Notes under the pieces: generated by a model
Databases searched by the model: none
The model's input: only the letters and a program-made list of their open reading frames with translations
Told to the model about the DNA's origin: nothing
Assembly (NCBI GenBank): GCA_963799485.1
Contig: CAWCXJ010000007.1
Span: 352,001-416,000, forward strand
Reading direction: 5' to 3'
Length of the DNA: 64,000 nt
From: an uncultured Trueperaceae bacterium
GTDB lineage: Bacteria; Deinococcota; Deinococci; Deinococcales; Trueperaceae
Shown here: positions 21,824 through 31,653 of the stretch, piece after piece
How the letters are laid out: every line of letters begins with the position of its first letter
Numbering within the stretch: the stretch's first letter is position 1
Made by a program: the position numbers and the translations under genes

Positions 21824-21884
21824 CGCGTAAAATACGAGGTGTATCCCTACTTTACACATGCTACTCTTCGAGTAAACTAGACTT

Positions 21885-22973
21885 GTGCGTGACCAACTGC
21901 TCGTCTATCTGCCCCTCGTCTCGCTGACCTTTTTCGCAGCGCTCGTCCTGGTTGCCGCTCTGACCCCGCGCGTCGAGGGGTTCGCGCGGCGTATCGGCGC
22001 GCTGCAACAGGGCGGCGGGCGGCGGGTTCACGAGGGGGCTGTGCCGAACATCGGCGGCGTCGCTATCTTCGGCGGCTTTATGGGTGCGCTGCTCGTCGGC
22101 GGGCTGCTTCGGCCCGACCTGCTGGTGACGTACCGTGAAGAACTCCTGGCGATTGTCCTCGGCGGCGCACTGATGACGCTCGTCGGCTTGTTCGACGACC
22201 TCTGGGAAGTTCCGGCCCTGACGCGGCTCGTGTGTCAATTTGTGGCTGCTGGAATCGTCGTGGTGAACGGTGTCCGGGTGGACTTTATCACCAACTATTT
22301 CGGCGCGACGCCGTACCAGTTTTTCGGGCCGGTACTCGCTGCCGGGCTCACCCTCCTCTGGATTGTCGGGTTTACCAACGCGTTTAACTTCATTGACGGG
22401 TTAGACGGGCTTTCGTCGGGGTTGGCGGCAATCTCGAGCCTCGCTCTCTTAGCCGTCGCCGTGCAGCTCCCCGACCGGGGCGCGGCGGTCTTGCTGCTCG
22501 CCGCTTTAGCCGGGTCTGCTTTGGGGTTTTTACGGCACAACTACAACCCTGCCAAGGTCATTATGGGCGATTCGGGGGCGTATCTGCTCGGCTATGTGCT
22601 GGCAGCCGTCAGCGTTTTGGGCGCGCTCAAGGTTACGGCGGCGGTTACGGTTGCGGCTCCTATCCTGATTTTGGCGGTGCCGGTTGTCAATCTGACGCAG
22701 GTGACGCTCCGCCGCTTGTCGCGCCGCGCGAACCCGGCGGCGGCGGCGAACGACCATCTGCACGACCTCATCCGGGTGCGGAGCGGGTCGAAACCGCTGA
22801 CGGTGCTCGTGCTGTGGGGTGCGGCGCTCGTGTTCGGGGCGTGCGGGATGACGCTTTCACAGACGCCGCCCGAACTCATCTACCTGACGGTTACGGCGAC
22901 GGTCGTGCTGGTCGGTGGGGTGAGCTTTTTGCGCGTTCGCGAGTTGGCCCGTCAAACCCCTCACCGGACGTGA
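21885..22973 (+). CDS. wecA: MraY/WecA-family undecaprenyl-phosphate GlcNAc-1-P transferase
   Basis: P.IGG.AI, GLFDD, NAFNFIDGLDGL, MGDSG, DHLH. Confidence 0.88.
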   Translation: MRDQLLVYLPLVSLTFFAALVLVAALTPRVEGFARRIGALQQGGGRRVHEGAVPNIGGVAIFGGFMGALLVGGLLRPDLLVTYREELLAIVLGGALMTLVGLFDDLWEVPALTRLVCQFVAAGIVVVNGVRVDFITNYFGATPYQFFGPVLAAGLTLLWIVGFTNAFNFIDGLDGLSSGLAAISSLALLAVAVQLPDRGAAVLLLAALAGSALGFLRHNYNPAKVIMGDSGAYLLGYVLAAVSVLGALKVTAAVTVAAPILILAVPVVNLTQVTLRRLSRRANPAAAANDHLHDLIRVRSGSKPLTVLVLWGAALVFGACGMTLSQTPPELIYLTVTATVVLVGGVSFLRVRELARQTPHRT

Positions 22974-24152
22974 CAAAATCAGGGGTGCCGGCAAGGGTCT
23001 GTGTCGCCTTCGGTACCCGCCCGGAAGCCACCAAGATGGCCCCGGTTGTGTATGCGCTGCGTGAACAAGCGGGGACTCGAGCCCCTCTTGCTCGTCACCG
23101 GACAGCACCGCGAACAGCTCCGCAGTGTGCTGGCTTTGTTCAAGCTCACCCCGGACTTCGACCTCGACGTGATGCAGGTTCAGCAGACGCTCCCTGAACT
23201 CCTGGCCCGCACCGTTCCCGCCGCCGCGAAAGCCCTTAAAACCCTGCGGGCAGATTACGTTCTGGTTCACGGCGACACCTTGTCAACTTTTGCCGTAGCG
23301 CTCGCGGCCTACTTTGAAGGCATTCCCGTCGCGCACGTCGAGGCGGGGTTGCGTTCACACAACCTCAGAGAACCGTTTCCCGAAGAGGCGAACCGCCGTT
23401 TGACGGATGTTTTGACCGACCTCGAGCTGCCGCCTACGCCGCTCGCCAAAGCCAATCTGCTCCGTGAAGGCAAACGTGAAGCAACGATGGTCGTAACCGG
23501 CAATACCGCCGTGGACGCCGTGCGGTTCGTGGCCCAGAACGCACACTGGGCCGAACTGCCACCTGGCCCGGTCATCACCCTCACGATGCACCGCCGCGAA
23601 AACCTGCCGGTGCTTCGCCCTCTCGCTGAACTGTTTGCACGGCTCGCCGCCGAGTTTTCTGCCTTTACCTTCGTCTATCCGGTTCACCTCAATCCGGCGG
23701 TGCGCGGAGCGGTGTGGGAACCGCTGGCAAATGTCCCCAACGTCATTTTGACCGACCCGCTGGGCTACCCCGAAATGGTCGCCCTGATGAAAGCCTCGGA
23801 ACTGATCGTCACCGATTCGGGCGGCTTACAAGAAGAAGGAACGGCGCTCGGGGTACCCGTTGTCGTTCTCAGAAACGTTACCGAACGGCCCGAAGGCGTC
23901 GCGTCGGGGTCGCTCAAGCTGGCGGGGAACACGCCCGAAAGCGTCGAGGCGAGCTTGCGCCCGCTGCTTAGTGACGGTGCAGCAAGGGCTGTCATGCGAA
24001 ACCGGCCCAACCCTTACGGCGACGGTCTCGCCGGTGTCCGGGTCGCACGGGCGGTGGCGTGGCGTTTAGGGCTGGCGGAGCGGCCTGCGGACTGGGCGGG
24101 TGGGCAACACGTGTTTGAGCGCGACGAGGAGCGCAATCAGGCACGCGGCTAG
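22970..24152 (+). pseudogene. wecB: UDP-N-acetylglucosamine 2-epimerase, frameshifted at the G-run 23071-23074 (real or sequencing error)
   Basis: N-terminal [13 protein letters not shown] is in the frame of 22970; [32 protein letters not shown] and NPYGDG are in the +1 frame. Confidence 0.9.
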
Positions 24153-24680
24153 GGTCGTTGCCGTAATCCGTTCCGGGGATGCGGACGAAGCCAGCGACAA
24201 GTAGATACCGACCGGGTAGACGAGCGCCGTTAAAAATGTCGCCAAGGTCACGCGGCGAAAAATCAGGATAAAGAGGAGCAGCGCCGCAAGTCCGTAAAGT
24301 CCGCCGAGCGGATAGACGGGCAGCGCCACGCCGAGCGTCGTCGCCAAACCTTTCCCGCCGCGAAACCCGACCCACACCGACCAGAGATGTCCGACAATCG
24401 CCCCGACCCCGGCAACGAGCGGCGTAACGAGTGGGTCGCCACCGAGTGCGCCGAGCCATAAACCGATAAAACTTGCCAGGGCACCTTTGCCCAAATCGAG
24501 GAGTAGGACGAGCGCCCCGAGCGCCCAGCCGAGATTGCGGGCGGTGTTCATCGCACCCATGCTGCTCGAGCCCACCTCGAAAATATCTCGGTGCTTGAGC
24601 CGCGCGACTAGCGCCGCACTCGGCAAACTGCCGACCAAATAGCCGGTCAGCACACTCAAACCTAAAAAAATCCAGCTCAT
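24066..24680 (-). CDS. plsY: Glycerol-3-phosphate acyltransferase PlsY
   Basis: YLVGSLP, GS...GAMN..R, DLGKG, GH.WS...FRGGKGLAT. Confidence 0.9.
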   Translation of the reverse strand: MSWIFLGLSVLTGYLVGSLPSAALVARLKHRDIFEVGSSSMGAMNTARNLGWALGALVLLLDLGKGALASFIGLWLGALGGDPLVTPLVAGVGAIVGHLWSVWVGFRGGKGLATTLGVALPVYPLGGLYGLAALLLFILIFRRVTLATFLTALVYPVGIYLSLASSASPERITATTLAACLIALLVALKHVLPTRPVRRPLRQP

Positions 24681-24703
24681 ACGGTGCTATTCATAAAGCT
24701 TGT

Positions 24704-25447
24704 TTATACCGCAGCTTCCGGCGTTCTCGGCAAATAGAGCAAGCTCTGCACCTCACCGACGTGATAGCCCAGATACCGCGACAACAGCGCCCAGTGCGCG
24801 CGGCGCTCGCCGAAGGGCAAGGTAAGCGCCTCCGCAACCCCCAAGCGGTGCAGCGCCGCGAGTTCATCCCGGACGCTCGGCAACAGCCGAAACCCGCCCC
24901 CGCACGCCGCGCAGCTGAGGCCCCCGGCAGCAACGTCGAACGTTGTTGCGTCTCCCAAATCGCGCTCACCACAACGGGCGCAGCGCGTCAAGCTTGGTGT
25001 CAACCCGCCCTGCGCCAACAACCGCCAGCTCATGACCAGCGCGACGCGTTCGGGGTCGGGGTCTCTCGACACCCCGCGCAGCGCTCCGGTAAAGTAGCGG
25101 TAAAAGCTACCGTCGAGATGCACGTCTACCGCGAGTTTGTCGGTCAGCTCGGCGAGGACGTGGGCGTAAGGGTAAACAGCCGGGTCGCTCAGCCGGGGCA
25201 GCGCGCCGTTAAGTTGAACTTGTGTGATGAGCGCCAAATCGCTCTGGTCATTCGGACGGGTGTAGTGCTGCACGGTTACGTCGTGAAACAAGCTCAGCTT
25301 GCCCAGGTTGCCGCCGACGAGCTTGCCTTTACGGGCAACGGCGCGCCATTTGCTCTGTTCGCTCAGGAGCGTGACTACGATGTCCCCGCTCGGTAATTCG
25401 GAGCGGCGCAAGATGATCCCTTCTTGGACGGTGTAACGTTGTCCCAC
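24704..25447 (-). CDS. recO: DNA repair protein RecO
   Basis: N-terminal OB fold (EGIILRR...DIVVTLL), CARC...CAAC zinc finger; TAAAAT 6 nt before GTG. Confidence 0.9.
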   Translation of the reverse strand: MGQRYTVQEGIILRRSELPSGDIVVTLLSEQSKWRAVARKGKLVGGNLGKLSLFHDVTVQHYTRPNDQSDLALITQVQLNGALPRLSDPAVYPYAHVLAELTDKLAVDVHLDGSFYRYFTGALRGVSRDPDPERVALVMSWRLLAQGGLTPSLTRCARCGERDLGDATTFDVAAGGLSCAACGGGFRLLPSVRDELAALHRLGVAEALTLPFGERRAHWALLSRYLGYHVGEVQSLLYLPRTPEAAV

Positions 25448-25858
25448 ACGGCTATTTTAATCCGAACAAAGGGTTTTGGGTGTCTCGGCTCAAGCGACTT
25501 CTTGCAGCAGCGTTTCGGTTTTGCGGTGGTGACCTGATTTGAGTCGGTATGCAGGCAATGACCCGCTACCGAACGACGTCCAAGTTGTAACGGTGTAAGA
25601 GAAGGGGTAGATAAATAAGCTGCACTAGCACGGGCAGCTCCCAAGGGTCGCCGGTCTCGTGAGCCTAGTTCTCGCGTCGGACTTGAGGAAAAAGTTTTAC
25701 GAACGAAACGGGCAAGTCTTCGTCCAAGATAGCGGCGGCGCTTAGTGGTTTCACTTACCATTTCTTACATCAGTCTTAGATGAGCCATCACCCCTTAAGC
25801 AGCAAAACGTAACAGGAGAAATCAGGTGCGCGTTTGGCCCGGTCGTCAGCAGCAGGGG

Positions 25859-27904
25859 CTAGTTGAGCGTTTCACCGGTCCTGGGCGGCGCGCCGAGAAC
25901 CAAATGCTGTTTAAGGAGCAGCGCAAACTCGTCTTCAGGCATGGGTTTTGCGAAGAAAAACCCTTGCCCGACGTCGCAACCGAGGTTGCGGAGCAGTTCA
26001 AGCTGTTCAGCCGTCTCAATACCTTCGGCAACGAGTTCGACGCCCAGGTTTTGCGCCAGCTTGACGATCGCCTCGACGAGGGCAAGCGCGTAGTGCGGCG
26101 CGCGGCGCGGCGCGTTCAAGTCACGGACGAATGAACGGTCAATCTTGATAGTGTCGATTGGAAAGTCGCGCAGGTACGACAAGGACGAGTAACCGGTACC
26201 GAAGTCGTCTACCGCCACGGTGATGTTCGCGCGTTTGAGGCTTTGCAGGTTGCGCCGGACGATTTCAGGGTTACGGAGCATGGCGCTTTCGGTCAGCTCG
26301 AGTTCCAACATACCGGGCTCGAGGCGTGAACGCCGGAGCGCCTCCATCACCGAATCGCCGAAGCCGGGTTGGGCAAACTGCAGCGCCGAAACGTTGACGC
26401 TGACCCGAACCGACGAACCCGAAAGCTCCCAGGCGCGCGCCTGCCGGGTTGCCGTTTGCAACACCCAAGCGCCCAAAGCAACGATATGACCGCTTTGCTC
26501 GGCTAGGGGAATAAAGTCGGCGGGTGAAACGAGGCCGCGTTCGGGATGTTCCCAGCGTAGCAGCGCTTCGGCCTTGACGAGCCGATCTGTGCGGAGGTCG
26601 AAAAGCGGTTGGTAAAAAAGTTGCAATTCGCCCCTGGTGAGCGCTTGCCGCAGGTCACGTTCCAAAGCTTTATGCGCCTCGAGGGCGGCGTCGACGGTTT
26701 TGTGGTAGCGCTTGACGCCGTTTTTGCCGGCGTGTTTAACGTGATACATGGCGCTGTCGGCGTGCCGTAAAAGTTCGGCAGGGTCGTCGGTATCGTCGGG
26801 GTAAACGCTTACGCCGATACTCGCCCCAAGGTTAAACACCTGCGCGCCAAGAAAAAACGGCGTATCGAGGTTTCGTTTGATCTTTTCGGCAACTTTGACC
26901 GCTTCACTGCTCGTTTTGAGGCCACGCAGCAAAATAGCGAATTCGTCGCCGCTAATTCGCACCAAGAGGTCGGTCTGCCGGGTCGTGCGCCGTAAACGTT
27001 CGGCGATTTGCATAAGGAGGGTGTCGCCCGCCTCGTGTCCCACCGTGTCGTTGATGAGCTTAAAGCCGTCGATATCGATCAAAAGCAGGGCGAAAACCTC
27101 TTGCGTGGTCTCGGCGCTGCGCCGCAGGGTGTCCTCGAGCGTCAAGCGGTTCGGCAGGCCCGTTAAGAGGTCGGTATAGGCAAGCCGCTCCACCGTTTCG
27201 ACGTGGGTTTGCGAACGGACGAAACGGCCCATATAACGGCTGAAAAAGTAGCTCAGCGCGTAAAAGGTGAGGTTGGCTAAAAGCAGCTGGGCGAGTGCCT
27301 GAACCTCCCCGTAATTTTCGCCTGCCCACAGCTGGGACGCGCCGTAAACGACCCCGAGCGCGACCATCGCGGCAAAGCACGACGAGGCGACGCGCCGCCC
27401 GCCACAATGTCCGCCACAATGTCCGCCACAATGTCCGCCACAATTTCCGCCGCAATGTGGCAACAGCGCGGTCAACACGTAGAGCGCCGGAAGCCACACG
27501 AACGTTTCGCTGAGTTCCCGAAAAAAACTTGCACCGGGGGGCAAAAAGTAGAGGATATAGACGAGTTTACTCAGAAAAAAGAGCGCCGCCGCTGTTATCG
27601 TTCCTAAAAAGATGCGTTCAAAGGGGAGAACGCGGAAGTAGAGCAGCGCGCCGAAGAGCAGCAACACGCCCGCCAGCGCAGGGTACGCGGCGGTGTCGTA
27701 GGGGGTCGCTTGCGACCCTAGACGCTCGAGCGCCAGCCCGAGCAAAAGTGCCAATGCCGGAACAGGCAGCGCCACTAAAAAAGCACTCCGCCAGTTTTGC
27801 TGCGGCGTCCGGCCTAACGTGCCAAGCTTTTGAACGAGGCGTTCTAGCATCTGGAAAGGTGAGAAATTGGTCGGCGCGTAACCATAGGCATAATCAAGAT
27901 ACAC
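25859..27904 (-). CDS. Membrane-bound diguanylate cyclase/phosphodiesterase (GGDEF-EAL)
   Basis: About 6 TM segments; DLLTGLPNR, RQTD I-site, SGDEF, EALLRW, DDFGTGYSS, AEGIE; start uncertain. Confidence 0.92.
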   Translation of the reverse strand: MYLDYAYGYAPTNFSPFQMLERLVQKLGTLGRTPQQNWRSAFLVALPVPALALLLGLALERLGSQATPYDTAAYPALAGVLLLFGALLYFRVLPFERIFLGTITAAALFFLSKLVYILYFLPPGASFFRELSETFVWLPALYVLTALLPHCGGNCGGHCGGHCGGHCGGRRVASSCFAAMVALGVVYGASQLWAGENYGEVQALAQLLLANLTFYALSYFFSRYMGRFVRSQTHVETVERLAYTDLLTGLPNRLTLEDTLRRSAETTQEVFALLLIDIDGFKLINDTVGHEAGDTLLMQIAERLRRTTRQTDLLVRISGDEFAILLRGLKTSSEAVKVAEKIKRNLDTPFFLGAQVFNLGASIGVSVYPDDTDDPAELLRHADSAMYHVKHAGKNGVKRYHKTVDAALEAHKALERDLRQALTRGELQLFYQPLFDLRTDRLVKAEALLRWEHPERGLVSPADFIPLAEQSGHIVALGAWVLQTATRQARAWELSGSSVRVSVNVSALQFAQPGFGDSVMEALRRSRLEPGMLELELTESAMLRNPEIVRRNLQSLKRANITVAVDDFGTGYSSLSYLRDFPIDTIKIDRSFVRDLNAPRRAPHYALALVEAIVKLAQNLGVELVAEGIETAEQLELLRNLGCDVGQGFFFAKPMPEDEFALLLKQHLVLGAPPRTGETLN
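27399..27458. repeat. Five in-frame 12-bp tandem repeats (CCGCCACAATGT)
   Basis: Three perfect and two single-mismatch units, encoding HCGGNCGGHCGGHCGGHCGG. Confidence 0.95.
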
Positions 27905-28043
27905 ACAAAACAGCAGTTTGGATTCGTGAAATTTAGCACTCTGCCGTCTGCGCCTGCGAATCCGGCTTCAGCGCTGAAATCCGGCGAACCTCGCCCCGCA
28001 CAAAAGCTGAACGGCAACGCGCCGACGTTATAGAATGCCGAGT

Positions 28044-28907
28044 GTGACCCTGCCCCTTAGCACCGTCGCTGAACCCACTCGTCCGCCCGAACCCATAACC
28101 GAAGAAACGCTGCTGAGACGTATTTGCGTCTCGAAGCCTTATTACGCGCTGCTAGACCCGGCAAGCGCCGGTAACACCTTTTACGCCAGCGCCGTCGCCG
28201 ATTTGCCCTTGGGGGCCGAAGTCGGGCCGATGGGCAGCGCTGAAATCAGTCGCCACGCCGCAATTTCGGGTTTGTGCGCCGCAGCCCTCGCCCAAAAAGA
28301 CGACAAGCGGCGGTTTTATCTGGCGCAACGCGCTGAATACCGGGGCGTTGCGAACGCGGCACCTTACGGCGTACCTGTTACGTTCGCAGCGACGCTCAAG
28401 CGTCTGGATAAACGCGGGGCACGTTCGGAAATCATCGTCGAGGCGGCAGGAAAGCCGTTGGCAAAACTCGTCGTTGATTACACCATCTTGACCGAATACG
28501 CTTTCAGCAGACTTTTTCGGAGCCGTTATCGTCCGACCGAGCCGCAACCGGCGATGAATATCGACCTTCCTGGAAGCGTCTACAGTTCGGGTAAACGGTC
28601 GGTTTACGAGGTAGACGCGCTGCCTGAAACGGTTTGTGCGGGTCACTTTGCCGACCACCCGGCCCTTCCGGTTGCGCTGCTGATGGGTCAGCTCGGTACG
28701 GCGGCGTGGCGGCTGATGGACTCGGCGGGTTGGCGTGGTGTTCAGGCAAGTGTAAACGCGACCGACCTCTGCTGGGCGGACGAACGCGTCCGTTTCGAGG
28801 CCGAACGCGCAGCACTGCACCCCGATAAGCAGAGTACCTTCAAGTGTCGGGTCACCGCCGGAGACCGGCTCGTCTGCACCGCCGAGTTCAGGCTCGAGGC
28901 TCACTAG
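28044..28907 (+). CDS. Putative double-hotdog-fold protein (AfsA/FabZ-like)
   Basis: C-half GHFADHPALPVALLMGQL resembles FabA/Z GHFP.P..PG.L; N-half AEISRH helix followed by beta strands; TAGAAT 7 nt before GTG 28044 (ORF track start 28035). Confidence 0.65.
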   Translation: MTLPLSTVAEPTRPPEPITEETLLRRICVSKPYYALLDPASAGNTFYASAVADLPLGAEVGPMGSAEISRHAAISGLCAAALAQKDDKRRFYLAQRAEYRGVANAAPYGVPVTFAATLKRLDKRGARSEIIVEAAGKPLAKLVVDYTILTEYAFSRLFRSRYRPTEPQPAMNIDLPGSVYSSGKRSVYEVDALPETVCAGHFADHPALPVALLMGQLGTAAWRLMDSAGWRGVQASVNATDLCWADERVRFEAERAALHPDKQSTFKCRVTAGDRLVCTAEFRLEAH

Positions 28908-28998
28908 CCAGACGAGTCCTACATCCAAACCACGCAGTGGTGTGTATACCCCCGATAGAGTTGCCCTTTTACGGTTCAGACGTCTCGGCGGCTCTAAG

Positions 28999-29034
28999 GC
29001 GCGCACCCATCCCCCCGGCGGGTGTGCGTTTTTT
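28999..29034 (+). terminator. Intrinsic terminator
   Basis: GCGCGCACCC/GGGTGTGCGT stem plus T-tract. Confidence 0.75.
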
Positions 29035-29277
29035 ATGCCTTTCGCAAGAACAGCCGGTCGGTACGAAGTTCTGCAGCGCAACATCTTTTGTAATCGCTCC
29101 CGATTTCACTGACCGCTACGCACCTTTCAAGGTGACGCCGAGATCTCGCGCGACCAACCTACCGCAGAAACGGGACACACGTTCGCCTTTGGCGCGAGCG
29201 ACTTACACTGCACCGCCGACTTCCGGCACCAAGCCCCCAATCGGGGTTCAGACGGACTTTAGACGCTACACTTGGGT

Positions 29278-31653
29278 ATGCATGAGGGTTACTTTAGAGC
29301 ACCCGAACCGCAAGGTGCCGCCGCGTCCGGTCAGGTTATCTTGCGCGACGGCAGCACCGCGACGCTCAGGCCGGCTAGGGCGAGCGACCGAGCGCTGCTA
29401 GAAGCGTTTCTCGAGCGGATTGCACCCGAGTCGTATCAGCGCCGGTTTTTCGGTGAAACGCCCCCCAAAGTTGCCGCCGCGCGGATGCTGGCCCCCGAAC
29501 CTCCCGACACCAAGCTCGTGCTTTTTGTTCTGACCGGCGAGCCACACCAGCCCCGGCTTATCGCCACGGGTGAGTACGCCCGCGAAACGCCCGACTCGGA
29601 GCGCGCCGAGGTCGCTTTTTTGGTCGCCGACAGCGTTCACGGCAAGGGGTTGGGAACGCTTATTCTGGAGCGGCTGGCGCTCGTCGCGGCGCGGCACGGT
29701 ATAAGCCGGTTTACCGCCCTGACGATGGCGCGTAACCGGGCGATGCTCAGCATGTTTCAGAGCAGCGGCTTCCGGGTCAACCGGCGCTTGGAATACGGCG
29801 AGGTCGAACTCGACTTTTCGATCATGCCGAATGAGTCGAGCGTCGCGCGGATGGAGCTTCGTGAACGGGCGGCGACGGTCGCCTCGCTCTATCCTTTTTT
29901 CAGGCCGCGCCGCGTCGCCGTCTTCGGGCTTTCGACCTCGCCCAAAAGCGCGTCGCGGCGGGCGCTGGCCTACTTGCAAGCGGGTGGTTTTACGGGACAG
30001 GCGCACCTCATTAATCCCAATTTGAAGGGGGCCTATCCGTCGCTGGGGGCACTTCCGGACAAGGTCGAGCTGGCGCTGCTGGCCTTACCGCAAGACGCGG
30101 TACTAGCTGCTGTAGACGCGTGTGGGGCGGCGGGCGTCCGGGCGCTTATCGTCCTCAGCGCAGGCTTCGCCGAGTCGGGGACGGTCGGCGAGGCGCTCCA
30201 AAACGAGCTGGCGCGGCGGGTGCGCGGTTACGGGATGCGGCTCGTCGGCCCGAACAGTTTAGGTCTCTTGAACGCGGCCGAGGACGTAAGGCTTAACGCG
30301 AGTCTGGCTCCTGAATTGCCGCCACCCGGTAACGTCGCGGTGTCGTCGCAGTCGGGGGCCTTGGCGCTGGCGATACTCGAGCACGCGGGCGCAGCCGGGT
30401 TGGGCCTCAGAAGTGTCGTGTCGCTGGGCAATAAGGCGGACGTCTCGAGCAACGACCTCTTGCAGTACTGGGAGGACGACCCCGGTACGCATCTCATTGT
30501 CCTCTACCTGGCGTCGTTCGGGAACCCGCGCCGGTTCGCGCGGCTCGCACGGCGCGTCGGACGGCAAAAACCCATTCTGGTCGTCAAGGCCGGGGAGCCC
30601 GAGCTGACCGAAGCAGCCACCGACGCGCTCTTTCGGCAGACCGGCGTCATCCGCGCCGCGACTTTTGAAGAGCTGTTTGAAGTAGCGAACTTGCTCGCGC
30701 ACCAGCCCCTACCCAAAGGGCCACGTGTCGGCGTGTTGACCAATGCGAGCGGCCCGGCAGCGCTCGCAGAAGACGCCCTCGCCGCTCAGGGGCTCGAGCC
30801 CCGCCTTACCGACCTGAGCGCCTTTGCCGACGCCGAAGCGTACCGGGGAGCGCTACACACCGCTCTGGAGAACCCGGATTTGGACGCGCTGCTCGTCATC
30901 TTTTCACCCGTCGGTCTGAGCCGCGCCGACGAGGTGGGCGCGGTTATCGGTGAAGTGGTCTCTGCGGCGCGTTTACGCGGTCTGGTCAAACCGGTTTTAG
31001 GCTGTTTTACCGGCGCACACGCGCCCCTTTTCGCAGGCTCTGAAAGGCTGCCGAGCTACCGTTTTCCGGAGTCGGCGGCGCGTGCGCTCGCCCGCGCCTA
31101 CACCTACGCAACATGGCGCGACGAACCGCTCGGTCGGTTGCCGGTCTTTGAGGGCCTCGAGCCCCACCCTGCCCGCCAACTCTGCCGGGAGGTCGCCAGT
31201 GCAGGTGGCGGCGAGCTTTCCGAAACGCAGCGCGCCGAGGTTTTGCGGGCTTTCGGCGTCCCGTTTGAGCCGAATACCAAAGCGGGAACCGAGCTCAGCT
31301 TGCTGGTGCAACCTCACCCGCTCTTCGGCCCGGTGATGTCGCTTGGACTAGGTGGCCTTTACGGGGAGTTGGGCGACAAGACGTACCGGATTACGCCGCT
31401 GACCGGGCGCGACGCCGCTGAAATGGTGCGGAGTTTGCGAAGTTACCCGCTGCTTACGGGCTACCGGGGGCATCCGGCTGCGGACGTCTTAGCCCTCGAG
31501 ACACTCCTCTTACGGGTCTCGCGGCTCGTCGAGGAGGTGCCGGAACTCGGGACGTTAAACTTCAGTGTGCGGGTGCTCGCTCCCGGAGCGGGCGCTGTAG
31601 TCTCAGCGGCACGACTATCCGTTTTACCCACAGAAGAAGGTGAAGATGTCTGA
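29278..31653 (+). CDS. GNAT plus acyl-CoA-synthetase-like fusion (Pat-type protein lysine acetyltransferase, N-terminal GNAT)
   Basis: LRDGS...RRFF...AEVAFLVAD..HGKGLGT; SAGFAE, RLVGPNSLG, SQSGAL, SLGNKADV; HPLFGP. Confidence 0.88.
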   Translation: MHEGYFRAPEPQGAAASGQVILRDGSTATLRPARASDRALLEAFLERIAPESYQRRFFGETPPKVAAARMLAPEPPDTKLVLFVLTGEPHQPRLIATGEYARETPDSERAEVAFLVADSVHGKGLGTLILERLALVAARHGISRFTALTMARNRAMLSMFQSSGFRVNRRLEYGEVELDFSIMPNESSVARMELRERAATVASLYPFFRPRRVAVFGLSTSPKSASRRALAYLQAGGFTGQAHLINPNLKGAYPSLGALPDKVELALLALPQDAVLAAVDACGAAGVRALIVLSAGFAESGTVGEALQNELARRVRGYGMRLVGPNSLGLLNAAEDVRLNASLAPELPPPGNVAVSSQSGALALAILEHAGAAGLGLRSVVSLGNKADVSSNDLLQYWEDDPGTHLIVLYLASFGNPRRFARLARRVGRQKPILVVKAGEPELTEAATDALFRQTGVIRAATFEELFEVANLLAHQPLPKGPRVGVLTNASGPAALAEDALAAQGLEPRLTDLSAFADAEAYRGALHTALENPDLDALLVIFSPVGLSRADEVGAVIGEVVSAARLRGLVKPVLGCFTGAHAPLFAGSERLPSYRFPESAARALARAYTYATWRDEPLGRLPVFEGLEPHPARQLCREVASAGGGELSETQRAEVLRAFGVPFEPNTKAGTELSLLVQPHPLFGPVMSLGLGGLYGELGDKTYRITPLTGRDAAEMVRSLRSYPLLTGYRGHPAADVLALETLLLRVSRLVEEVPELGTLNFSVRVLAPGAGAVVSAARLSVLPTEEGEDV

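Noticed and set aside
25375..25761. 128-aa minus-strand ORF upstream of recO
   Set aside because: No recognisable motifs or SD, and it runs over the recO promoter and start; probably spurious.
28152..29084. 310-aa minus-strand ORF
   Set aside because: Antisense shadow of the hotdog gene with Arg-rich non-protein-like composition.
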